Below are positions 14,435-22,562 of a DNA stretch of 25,982 bases, piece by piece. This stretch comes from a virus (Duplodnaviria; Caudoviricetes). How positions within the stretch are numbered: position 1 is the stretch's first letter; the number at the start of each line of letters is the position of its first letter. Below the pieces are notes generated by a model, which worked only from the letters and a program-made list of their open reading frames with translations, was not told the origin of the DNA and ran no database searches. The position numbers were made by a program, and so were the translations under genes. The stretch covers positions 1 through 25,982 of the IMG/VR virus record IMGVR_UViG_3300030395_000058. One strand, given 5' to 3'.

Positions 14435-14701
14435 ATGGAAAATGTAAATAGAACATTTAGAGAAGAACAGTCAGACGGCTCATTTAAAGAATATGATGTA
14501 GAGAAGTTCTCTCAAGAAGGTCAAAGACACTTCTATCTTCTTGGCAAAGTCCAACAAGATTTGCAGGAAACTTCTGATAGATACCTCATATTAAAAGAAG
14601 CAGAATCTAGCTTGATCAGAAAAATAAAAGATCAGCTAAATGATGATTCAATTATCAAGGAGCAAGAAGATGACAGCAAAGACGGCAAAGAGCAGGATTG
14701 A
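14435..14701 (+). CDS. Small coiled-coil hypothetical protein
   Basis: ~88 aa (GTG 14429 is an alternative start). KEYDVEKFSQEG is followed by an amphipathic helix, resembling small proteins found beside phage fibre genes. Confidence 0.65.
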   Translation: MENVNRTFREEQSDGSFKEYDVEKFSQEGQRHFYLLGKVQQDLQETSDRYLILKEAESSLIRKIKDQLNDDSIIKEQEDDSKDGKEQD

Positions 14702-14849
14702 TCAGCACGAAGAAATTTGTGCACTCAGATATAAGAGTATTGAAGATCGCTTAGAGTCAGGCTCTGCTAGATTCATTCGCCTAGAACAAATGATATGGGG
14801 ACTATACGCCCTGATAATTGGATCTCAATTATTAGGAGTGTTTATATAA
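14670..14849 (+). CDS. Small coiled-coil protein with C-terminal transmembrane helix (XhlA/holin-like architecture)
   Basis: AAGGAG RBS at 14657-14662. 59 aa, HEEICALRY...RLEQMIWGLYALIIGSQLLGVFI. TAATG overlap with the next gene. Confidence 0.65.
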   Translation: MTAKTAKSRIDQHEEICALRYKSIEDRLESGSARFIRLEQMIWGLYALIIGSQLLGVFI

Positions 14850-15511
14850 TGTCAGGCATATCAGTAGTCCAAGAACCCGCACAAGAACCAGTCACGCTAC
14901 AAGAAGTAAAAGAATATTTAAGAGTAGAAGATAGCACTGACGAGAGAGTCATTAGACCTTTCATAGAAGCTGCACGAAGAGTTGCAGAAGAACACTTAGG
15001 TAGAACCTTAGTATCAACAACATACAGACAATTTATTGACTCACTTGATGAGTTAGAAGATCCATTATGGGAAGGTGTCCGTCAAGGTCCATATCTCAAC
15101 TACTACAAGAATTATATTGTATTAGCTAAAGGACCAGTCACCTCTGTCACCCATGTGAAAACATATAATGATGATGACGAAGCAACAACATTTGCTGCGT
15201 CAAAGTATTATGTAGATAACGCTAGAGAACCTGCGAGAATAGTCTTAAGGCAAGGGGAGACGCTACCCTCTGCACTGAGAGTGGCTAACGCCATTGAGAT
15301 TGAATATGTTGCAGGATATAGCTCTATATATTCAGTTCCTGAACCAATTAGATTGGGTATTCTGCAGCATATCGCTCACTTATACGAACATAGAGGAGAC
15401 ATGGGCAACTATTTAGAAGCTAGACTGATCCCTACAATGATCAAAACATTGTATGCACCTTATGTAATTCATAAGGGTCTAGGATCTAGCTCTCTGATGT
15501 CCGTTGGATAG
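14849..15511 (+). CDS. Head-tail connector (adaptor) protein, gp6/phiE125 gp8-like
   Basis: PAQEPVTLQEVKEYLRVE, AARRVAEEHLGRTL, IEIEYVAGY, VPEPIRLGILQHIAHLYEHRG. ATG 14849 follows AGGAG; the ORF track start at 14795 is probably too early. Confidence 0.9.
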   Translation: MSGISVVQEPAQEPVTLQEVKEYLRVEDSTDERVIRPFIEAARRVAEEHLGRTLVSTTYRQFIDSLDELEDPLWEGVRQGPYLNYYKNYIVLAKGPVTSVTHVKTYNDDDEATTFAASKYYVDNAREPARIVLRQGETLPSALRVANAIEIEYVAGYSSIYSVPEPIRLGILQHIAHLYEHRGDMGNYLEARLIPTMIKTLYAPYVIHKGLGSSSLMSVG

Positions 15512-15856
15512 ATGGCAGGTAAAAAGACAAGCATATCAGTAGGAAGGCTAAGATATAAAGTAGCACTACAATCAGCTGCAGGAGCTTCTGACGGAGCAGG
15601 TGGATATACTGAATCATGGTCCACAATAGCTAATCTCTTTGCTGACATAAGACCTACAGGCGGTGACGAAGCCTATAGACAAGGCAAAGTCCAAGATAAG
15701 GTCACTCATAGGATCTATATCCGATACAGATCCGATATCAAAACGAGCTATAGAATCAGCTACGATTCTAGGATCTTCAACATTCAATCAATACTTAATT
15801 TAGATGAGAGAAATAGGTGGTTAGAGCTTACTTGTAGCGAAGGAGAAGCTGCCTAA
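15512..15856 (+). CDS. Head closure (stopper) protein, SPP1 gp16-like
   Basis: GRLRYKVALQ...DGAGGY.ESW...THRIYIRYRSDI...RI...RIFNI; position after the connector. Confidence 0.9.
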   Translation: MAGKKTSISVGRLRYKVALQSAAGASDGAGGYTESWSTIANLFADIRPTGGDEAYRQGKVQDKVTHRIYIRYRSDIKTSYRISYDSRIFNIQSILNLDERNRWLELTCSEGEAA

Positions 15857-16302
15857 TGGCTACTTATAAGTCAGCTGATGAATTGATCAAGGCTATGGAA
15901 AAAAGGCTTACAGCAGGAGCTAAGAAGAGCTCTAAGAAGGTAGTCACTAAGGCTACTCTTTTAGTTCAGAACACTGCTAAAGAATCTGTAAAGCAAAAAG
16001 GGACGGGTAGAGTTTATAGAAAATATAATCCTAATAGAGTTCATCAGGCTTCATCACCAAACAATCCACCTGCTACTGATACAGGTTTCTTAAGTGCAAA
16101 CATAACTATGAATATCAGAACTGGACATGATGGTTCTGTTATTGGACAAGTAATATCTGCAGCTCCATATTCAGCTGCATTAGAATTTGGCACAAAAGAT
16201 ATGTTAGCTCTAGGTGGTCCAAGACCATTTATGCAACCTGCACTAGAAAAGAATAAAAAGAAAATAGTAAAAATGTTTAAAGATGAGGGGATATTCAAAT
16301 GA
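15856..16302 (+). CDS. HK97 gp10-like tail completion/neck protein
   Basis: HQASSPNNPPATDTGFL, APYSAALEFGT, PRPFMQPALE. Confidence 0.88.
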   Translation: MATYKSADELIKAMEKRLTAGAKKSSKKVVTKATLLVQNTAKESVKQKGTGRVYRKYNPNRVHQASSPNNPPATDTGFLSANITMNIRTGHDGSVIGQVISAAPYSAALEFGTKDMLALGGPRPFMQPALEKNKKKIVKMFKDEGIFK

Positions 16303-16697
16303 GCATAGGTCAATTTGCATTTCAAACTGCTTTATATAATGCCCTTAATGTAAGTGCTATAACTTCCGATCTGTCATGTGCAGTGACTAATCAACCTCTA
16401 CAAGATCAATCATATCCATTTATTACAATAGGCGAAGAAACATCAGTTGATTATTCAACAAAAGATCTTGTTGGTGGAGAATATACAGTAAATCTTGATG
16501 TGTGGTCTCAATACAAAGGATCAAAAGAAGTCAAGCAAATTATGGACAAGATTCACGATTTGTTGCATGATAGTAGCATTAGTGTTAGTGGTTTTAATCT
16601 CATTAACTTGAGATTTGAGTTCGCTGATATAATGAGAGACCCAGATGGTGTCACTAGACATGGAGTCATGCGATTCCGAGCAATAATATTAGGTTAA
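16299..16697 (+). CDS. Tail terminator (DUF3168-like)
   Basis: YPFITIGE, LDVWSQYKGSKEVKQI, RDPDGVTRHGVMRFRA; position before the tail tube gene. Confidence 0.88.
   Translation: MSIGQFAFQTALYNALNVSAITSDLSCAVTNQPLQDQSYPFITIGEETSVDYSTKDLVGGEYTVNLDVWSQYKGSKEVKQIMDKIHDLLHDSSISVSGFNLINLRFEFADIMRDPDGVTRHGVMRFRAIILG
16625..16633 (+). promoter_or_regulatory. Consensus extended -10 element (TGaTATAAT) upstream of the major tail gene
   Basis: Perfect TGnTATAAT inside the terminator gene, ~90 nt upstream of the tail tube ATG. Confidence 0.4.
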
Positions 16698-16722
16698 GCT
16701 AATTTATTTATAGGAGAAAAAA

Positions 16723-17166
16723 ATGGCAGCACAAAAAGGTCTTGATATGTTATTGAAGATCAACACTAGCGGAAGCTCTTATGCAACTGTTGGTGGTCTC
16801 AGATCAACTTCAATTACACTGAATGACGAAAGCGTTGATATAACTAATAAGGATAGTGCAGGTCACAGAACCTTATTAGCGGGTGGTGGAATGAACTCTG
16901 TTTCTATCTCAGCTTCAGGTGTCTTTACAGACGCTTCAACAGAGGAGACAGTTAGAGCAGCTTTCTTTGCACAACAAAATACATCTGATGGTTCATCAGC
17001 ACAAACTCCTGCTTTTAAAAATTTCCAATTCTTGATTCCTGATTTCGGAACTCTTACAGGTTCTTTTCAGATCACATCATTGGAATATGCAGGTGAGTAT
17101 AATGGTGAAGTGACTTACAGTATGTCTTTTGAGTCTGCAGGTTATATTACTTACGCAGCAGTATAA
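16723..17166 (+). CDS. Major tail tube protein (TP901-1/GTA-like)
   Basis: MAAQKGLDMLLKI, TVGGLRS, VDITNKDS, SISASGVF, PDFGTLTGSFQITSLEYAGEYNGEVTYSMSFESAG. AGGAG RBS. Confidence 0.93.
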   Translation: MAAQKGLDMLLKINTSGSSYATVGGLRSTSITLNDESVDITNKDSAGHRTLLAGGGMNSVSISASGVFTDASTEETVRAAFFAQQNTSDGSSAQTPAFKNFQFLIPDFGTLTGSFQITSLEYAGEYNGEVTYSMSFESAGYITYAAV

Positions 17167-17175
17167 GGATAGATT

Positions 17176-17421
17176 ATGGCTTGGAAACAAGTAATAGTTA
17201 AAGTAGGAAAAGATAAATATGAGTCCATGATGGACGATAATGAATTTATTGAAATGCCCAATGCTGTTGAAATCGGTTCGGTTTTGAATGTTGATGGAAA
17301 GGATCTTAAGGTCCTTTCATCATCAGTAATACTATCGGGAGATATGCTAAGAATCCATGTTGCAGGTGCAACCTCTAAACAGGAGAAATCAGATGACGGA
17401 AGTAAACAAGCTGAGGGGTGA
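17176..17421 (+). CDS. Hypothetical protein between tail tube and chaperone
   Basis: 81 aa with AAGGA RBS; fills the gap. No family recognised. Confidence 0.65.
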   Translation: MAWKQVIVKVGKDKYESMMDDNEFIEMPNAVEIGSVLNVDGKDLKVLSSSVILSGDMLRIHVAGATSKQEKSDDGSKQAEG

Positions 17422-17749
17422 AACCCTAGTCAATCTAGCAGGTAAAGATTACAAAGCTAGAATAACTATTAACTCTATCATGCAGATAGAGGATCAAGTT
17501 GGTATGGGCATAATCAAACTAGCTCAGATGATGAGCGAGGGGGATATTAGAATGTCTCATATAGTAAAAGTTTTAACCCCTGCGTTGAGGGGTGGTGGTA
17601 ATGATTTGCAAGAACCGCAGATCATAAATTTAATTGAAAAGACAGGAGTGGTAAACGCTACAGCTGTAGTGGCACAACTTCTTGCTTCAACTCTAACTGA
17701 CAATTCAGAGGAAAAGACAGACGAGGGAAAGCCACAAGAGGGAGAATAA
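17393..17749 (+). CDS. Tail assembly chaperone (GTA-gp10-like, lambda gpG analogue)
   Basis: NKLRGE..V.L.GK.Y...I...IED, ALRGGG. ATG 17393 follows AGGAG (17381-17385). Lies between tube and tape measure. Confidence 0.85.
   Translation: MTEVNKLRGETLVNLAGKDYKARITINSIMQIEDQVGMGIIKLAQMMSEGDIRMSHIVKVLTPALRGGGNDLQEPQIINLIEKTGVVNATAVVAQLLASTLTDNSEEKTDEGKPQEGE
17725..17731 (+). promoter_or_regulatory. Programmed -1 ribosomal frameshift slippery site G GGA AAG
   Basis: In-frame GAG GGA AAG near the end of the chaperone gene. The heptamer is identical to the lambda G-T site, and the -1 frame is open to 17958. Confidence 0.85.
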
Positions 17750-17958
17750 CAAGTGATTCCCTTCCCATCAAACGCTTCTATCAAGTATGTGTGGGCATGA
17801 TGGGACAGTCTCCTAGTATATTTTGGGAATCATCACCGATTGAAGTCTACATGGCTATTGATGGCTTTACCGAGTTCAATAACCCTGAGCATAGCAAAAA
17901 AGAAAAGCCTATGACCTCAGATAGAATGAAAGAACTTATGGAGCTATACCCTGACTAA
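17725..17958 (+). CDS. Frameshift extension of tail assembly chaperone (gpGT-like C-terminal part); not in ORF track
   Basis: -1 frame reads [48 protein letters not shown]...[16 protein letters not shown]. The G.SP..FW..P.E and LM..YPD motifs are typical of GTA-like chaperones. The stop overlaps the tape measure ATG (TAATG). Confidence 0.82.
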   Translation, partial: GKATRGRITSDSLPIKRFYQVCVGMMGQSPSIFWESSPIEVYMAIDGFTEFNNPEHSKKEKPMTSDRMKELMELYPD

Positions 17959-20594
17959 TGGCTACACCGATTGACAAACTCTTAGTAGAGATCCGAGCAG
18001 AGACCAGTCAACTCCGAAAGGAGATGAAGAAGGTCCAAGATCAGCTCAAGAAAACAGAAGATAAAACTAAAAGTGTAAACAAAGCATTTAAGGCTCTAGC
18101 GGGTGTAGCAGCTGCTCTAGGGTTAGGAATGATTGCTAGGGATACTGTCCAAACAATCAGGCAGTTTGAGGACCTAGAAGCTACTCTAAGAGCCGTCACG
18201 GGATCTTCAGATGGTGCAGCTGCAGCTATGGCAGTTGTCAGAGATTTCACCGCAGGAACAACCTTCCAAATTCAGGAAGTGACAGCTGCATTTATTAGAT
18301 TAAAACTTGCAGGTGTAGTCCCAACTACTGAGGTCATGCAGGACTTCGGTAATTTCGCAGCAGGTATGGGACGAAGTATTGAGCAACTAGCTCAAGCAGC
18401 GTTTAACGCAACAACTGGTGAGATGGAAATGCTCAAGCAGTTTGGTGTTAGAGCTGTTCAAGAAGGTGACAAAATCACTGTCACATTCAACGGAATCACC
18501 AAAGAGATTGACAGATCGGGAGAAGCGATCATTGAATATCTCAGATCTCTTGGTGCAACAGAGTTTCCAAACGCCTTAGAAGAGCGATTAAACACGCTCT
18601 CAGGCTCTATATCTAACCTTAAGGACGCAACATCAGAGTTTCAGGTAGCTATTGGTGAGGGCGGTATTACAAAGGCTCTGACAGATTTCAATAAAGAGAT
18701 CACTGAAACACTAAACAATTCAAGAGGTTTAGCTTCAGGCATTGGTCAAGGTCTTACAGTAGCTCTTAATCTACTTCTAAAACCGCTTGAGATAGCCTTA
18801 GACAATCTTAAATTATTGATCTCATTGCTTGTTGGTGCGTCCATCATGGCAGCTATAAGAGGTGTTCAGGCTCTTACAGCAGCAGTGACAGTCTTAGGAT
18901 TGAAAACAAAAGTCTTGGCAGTTGCTTCTGCAGCTGTAGCTGCTTTCACTGGAAACTTCAAAGCACTTGCAGCAGGTGCTCTTGTAGCTACAGGAACATT
19001 CTTTGCTCTTAGTCATGCAGAGAAGAAGTATGCTGAAGAGACAGAAAATGCAACTGACAAAGACGCAAAGCTCAACGAAACAGTCACTGTCCAAGAAGAT
19101 AAAATTGGGAAACTCACAAAGAAATATAAAGAACTAGCAGGGGTTATCAATAAAGAGTTTGCTAAGAAACCATCTAATCTATTTGATTTTGGAGCTGAGA
19201 ACGCAAGGCAAGACCTAGACGCATACTTCAAAGAGTTCCAACAAATACAATTAGAAGAAGCCATGAAAGCTAATGAGATGGTTCAGCTGCAGCTTAAGCA
19301 AGGTGTCAAGCCTGAAGATGTAGTAATCCCGCTTTCTATAGATCCATTCGCAGCTGATGATCAAGGACTTCTCAATCCAAATATGTATAGGGAGAAATTC
19401 TTAGAATCTCTTGGCATAGGATCAGAAGCAGAGCTTGAGGACATATTAAATGTCAATGTGATCAGTCCAGTTCAAGCTGCAAAAGACAAAATTAACGAAG
19501 CTCTAGGAATAGAAGGACCAACATTCTTAGAAGGTATCCTAGGCAATCAGGACGCACTAGAGTCAATCTTTGACATGATGGGTGGTGTTGAAGGTCTTGG
19601 CATGAGCTTCAAAGACTTCCAAGACAAACTTGAGAACGCAAGTCTAGCTGCTAAGACAGAACTCTCAGCAGTAGAAGAAGCAATGTTGAGCGTCTTTGGA
19701 TCAGGTGCTAAAGATGACATAGATATAGCTACAGAAGCCGTAGAGAACAACGAGAAAGCATTAAAAACTCTTTTTGATAAGTTAGTCCTAATTGATGAAG
19801 CCTTTGCAGATATGAGCTTTGAGGAGTTCTCAGCTCAGTATGCAGCAGGTGTCAATAAATTGACGGAAGCTGTAGATGGATTAGCAGAAGCTCAGAAGAA
19901 AGTCAGAGATCAGGTCAAAGGTCTAGCAGGAGATCTTACAAATCAAGAAGCAGTCCTCAAGATACTGAATGAAGCTGTAGCACAAGGAACATTAAATCAA
20001 GATCAAGCCAACTCTCAATATAGAGATTTCTTAGAAACAACTGGTCCAATGGGACAAGCAATGGCTCAGATTGGAGAGCAAGTAGAGTCTATTAGTAGAT
20101 CATTCTCTAATGAATTTGCTAATGCCATGCTTGAAGGACAGCTCTCTATGGATACATTCAAGAACTTTGCTAGGAATGTAGTTCAGGCGGTCATAGCTTC
20201 CTTCATGGAGCTCTTGGTAATTCAACCAATAGTGGACGCAATCTTAGGAGCTTTCAGTCTAGGGACAACAAGTGGCGGAACATCAGCAGCACCAAAAGCG
20301 TCAGGCGGAAGAGCTACTAGGGGTGCACCAACATTAGTTGGAGAGCGTGGTCCTGAGATCTTTGTCCCTGACACGCATGGAAATGTATTAAATGGAATGA
20401 ATACCCGAAACGCACTAGCAGGTGGTGGCAGTGTAAACATAGTTCAGAACTTAAACTTCTCTACTGGCGTTGTGCCTACAGTAAGGGCAGAGATTTCCAA
20501 AATGCTACCTCAGATTGCAGAGGTCTCTAAGGAAGCTGTAAGGGACGCAGGATCAAGAGGTGGCAGTTATAGAAGGAGTTTATTAGGTGGCTAA
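17958..20594 (+). CDS. Tail tape measure protein
   Basis: 878 aa, Ala-rich and helical. N-terminal tape-measure domain (GEMEMLKQFG, TLSGSISNLKD), hydrophobic segment at aa ~265-355, C-terminal ASGG...LVGERGPEIFVP. Confidence 0.93.
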   Translation: MATPIDKLLVEIRAETSQLRKEMKKVQDQLKKTEDKTKSVNKAFKALAGVAAALGLGMIARDTVQTIRQFEDLEATLRAVTGSSDGAAAAMAVVRDFTAGTTFQIQEVTAAFIRLKLAGVVPTTEVMQDFGNFAAGMGRSIEQLAQAAFNATTGEMEMLKQFGVRAVQEGDKITVTFNGITKEIDRSGEAIIEYLRSLGATEFPNALEERLNTLSGSISNLKDATSEFQVAIGEGGITKALTDFNKEITETLNNSRGLASGIGQGLTVALNLLLKPLEIALDNLKLLISLLVGASIMAAIRGVQALTAAVTVLGLKTKVLAVASAAVAAFTGNFKALAAGALVATGTFFALSHAEKKYAEETENATDKDAKLNETVTVQEDKIGKLTKKYKELAGVINKEFAKKPSNLFDFGAENARQDLDAYFKEFQQIQLEEAMKANEMVQLQLKQGVKPEDVVIPLSIDPFAADDQGLLNPNMYREKFLESLGIGSEAELEDILNVNVISPVQAAKDKINEALGIEGPTFLEGILGNQDALESIFDMMGGVEGLGMSFKDFQDKLENASLAAKTELSAVEEAMLSVFGSGAKDDIDIATEAVENNEKALKTLFDKLVLIDEAFADMSFEEFSAQYAAGVNKLTEAVDGLAEAQKKVRDQVKGLAGDLTNQEAVLKILNEAVAQGTLNQDQANSQYRDFLETTGPMGQAMAQIGEQVESISRSFSNEFANAMLEGQLSMDTFKNFARNVVQAVIASFMELLVIQPIVDAILGAFSLGTTSGGTSAAPKASGGRATRGAPTLVGERGPEIFVPDTHGNVLNGMNTRNALAGGGSVNIVQNLNFSTGVVPTVRAEISKMLPQIAEVSKEAVRDAGSRGGSYRRSLLGG

Positions 20595-21498
20595 AACAAT
20601 AGAAATGCCTACATCTCCGAACTTTGTTAAGTCGGAATTTAGGTTAATAAGAACAGTAGGAGCAGTATCTTCTCCATATACAGGGAAGGTCAGGACTCAA
20701 GAATATGATGGTGTCTTTTGGGAAGCAGTGGTTTCCTTGCCGCCAATGCGTAGGAGTGAAGCGGTTAATTGGCAGTCTTTTCTCTTAAACTTAAACGGAC
20801 CAGTTAATCAGTTCAAGTTTGCAGATCCTGACGCATTGGTGAAACAGGGAACATATAGCGGAGCACAATTTAAGACAGAAAATAGAACTAATGAAAGCTC
20901 TGCAACCCTCTCCTTCACTGCTTCTTCAGGCACTATTGCAGGAGCTAGTAGCACAACTTATTTCAACAATACAAAGGTAGGTGATTATATAGTCATTACT
21001 GGAAGTGCAAATTCAGCTAACAACGGCACTCATAAGGTTCTGACTAGATCTAATGCTTACACTATAACAGTAGCACCAGTGGACGCAGATAGCCTTGTAG
21101 ACGAATCTAATAAGGCAGGGTGCACAATCAAATGCAATGTCAAAGGTGCAAAAGGGTTATGCCTTAAATCAACAGCAAACTCACACAACGGAACTGTCTT
21201 GGTGGGGGATTATCTAGGCTTAAGCACTGACACTTCTGACAATGCTTCAGGGTATAAGCCAACACAATATTTATATGTCACGGAAGCTGCGACACAAACT
21301 AACAATGGTGGATCAGCGTTAAATCAATACGGAGTGCGTGTAGAACCTAAGCTCAGGTCAACACTTGCTGCAAATAGCAGAGTCTACTTAACACCCGCAA
21401 AAGGAATGTTTAGGCTCATAGCTGCAGACGCTGCAGGGTGGGACGCAGATAATATTTCCAATTATGGAATAAGTTTTTCATGCGTTGAGGTAGTCTAA
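20587..21498 (+). CDS. Distal tail (Dit-like) protein with internal insertion
   Basis: Follows the tape measure. SPYTG...Q...G..WEAVVSLPPM...WQSFL..L.G at the N-terminus, VEPKLR...PAKGMFRL...YGISFSCVEV at the C-terminus, and a Ser/Thr-rich middle. GTG start after AGGAG. Confidence 0.75.
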   Translation: MAKTIEMPTSPNFVKSEFRLIRTVGAVSSPYTGKVRTQEYDGVFWEAVVSLPPMRRSEAVNWQSFLLNLNGPVNQFKFADPDALVKQGTYSGAQFKTENRTNESSATLSFTASSGTIAGASSTTYFNNTKVGDYIVITGSANSANNGTHKVLTRSNAYTITVAPVDADSLVDESNKAGCTIKCNVKGAKGLCLKSTANSHNGTVLVGDYLGLSTDTSDNASGYKPTQYLYVTEAATQTNNGGSALNQYGVRVEPKLRSTLAANSRVYLTPAKGMFRLIAADAAGWDADNISNYGISFSCVEVV

Positions 21499-22137
21499 AT
21501 GTCAAACAGAAGTGGTATATCTTCAGATCTAGCAACCTTACTATCAGAAAACAATCAGATTATTTTCACTGCAGTCAAAGCAGAGTTTGATACTGAGACT
21601 TTATATGTTTGGTCAGGCACTGAAAATATGTCCATAGATGGTCAAGAATATATTGGTGCAGGAGATCTCTTAAATATATCTGAAGTGACAGACAACTTAG
21701 ATATGAGATCAAACAATATATCTATCACTTTGGCAGGTATGGACGCAACAGTTCTGAACCTAGCACTGAATGAAAATTATCAAAACAGATTCATAACAAT
21801 CTTTTTAGGATTGCTGTCAGGTGGCACGGATATTGTTGCAGGAAAGATGATTCTGTTTAAGGGCAGAATGACCTCAATGACAATTAATGATGATCCTAAT
21901 GGATCTACTATAGGCTTAGAAGCAGAGAATAGATTAGTAGATCTATCAAGACCATCAAATCTTAGATACACAAATCAATCACAAAGATACATCAACGACT
22001 CTGATACTTGCTTCAGCAGAGTAGCAACCCTTGCTGATAAAGAAATAACTTGGGGTAAATCTACTACTGGTGGCGGTGCAGGTGGCAGTGGCGGTGGTCG
22101 TGGCGGTGGTGGCACAACAAGGCGGGTTAGAGCATAG
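21499..22137 (+). CDS. Minor tail/hub protein
   Basis: LYVWSG...YIGAGDLLNIS, LFKGRM, ENRLVDLSRP..RYT..SQ, ITWG; canonical slot after Dit. Confidence 0.75.
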   Translation: MSNRSGISSDLATLLSENNQIIFTAVKAEFDTETLYVWSGTENMSIDGQEYIGAGDLLNISEVTDNLDMRSNNISITLAGMDATVLNLALNENYQNRFITIFLGLLSGGTDIVAGKMILFKGRMTSMTINDDPNGSTIGLEAENRLVDLSRPSNLRYTNQSQRYINDSDTCFSRVATLADKEITWGKSTTGGGAGGSGGGRGGGGTTRRVRA

Positions 22138-22142
22138 GTAAT

Positions 22143-22562
22143 ATGAAAAAACTACAGGACTGGAGTATTAAATTTGATGACTTTATGACAAAACATAAAG
22201 ACACTCCTTTTGTGTGGGGTAAGTGGGATTGCTGCCTATTCTCTGACGCTTGTATAAAGGCTATGACAGGCGAATCACTTATACCTAAGACCCTAAGATG
22301 GTCTGATGAAAAGAGTGCCTTAAAAGCGATTAGAGACTATGGCAAGAATCTAAGTGGTGCAATAGAAAAAGCAGCAAAAAAGAAAAATCTAATTTCTACA
22401 GATCCTATGTTTATCCAAAAAGGCGATCTGCTTGTCTACAAACAAGAGTCAGAATTATGTGGAATGTATAGTGGATCTAAAGTTTTAGGTCCTTCTGAGA
22501 ATGGTCTGATCACCAATCAGTATGAAGAAATAGTAGCAGTGTGGAGAATACCTAATGGGTAA
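22143..22562 (+). CDS. NlpC/P60-like tail-associated protein (DUF6950-like)
   Basis: PFVWGKWDCCLF...AMTG, QKGD, AVWRI. Occupies the lambda gpK-equivalent slot. No obvious catalytic His. Confidence 0.7.
   Translation: MKKLQDWSIKFDDFMTKHKDTPFVWGKWDCCLFSDACIKAMTGESLIPKTLRWSDEKSALKAIRDYGKNLSGAIEKAAKKKNLISTDPMFIQKGDLLVYKQESELCGMYSGSKVLGPSENGLITNQYEEIVAVWRIPNG

Noticed and set aside
16363-16372. CTTCCGATCT / AGATCGGAA resembling the Illumina adapter end
   Set aside because: No copy extends to GCTCTTCCGATCT or AGATCGGAAGAGC, and the copies sit in intact reading frames, so contamination is unlikely. Kept as a biological motif candidate.
22066-22112. GC-rich GGT/GGC run at the end of the hub gene
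   Set aside because: Encodes a Gly-rich C-terminal tail, which is common in this gene slot; no evidence for a separate element.
14849-22562. Gene transfer agent (RcGTA-like) cluster
   Set aside because: Several tail genes are GTA-like, but the long tape measure, gp10-like gene, methyltransferase, large accessory cassette and lack of host flanks fit a genuine phage better.
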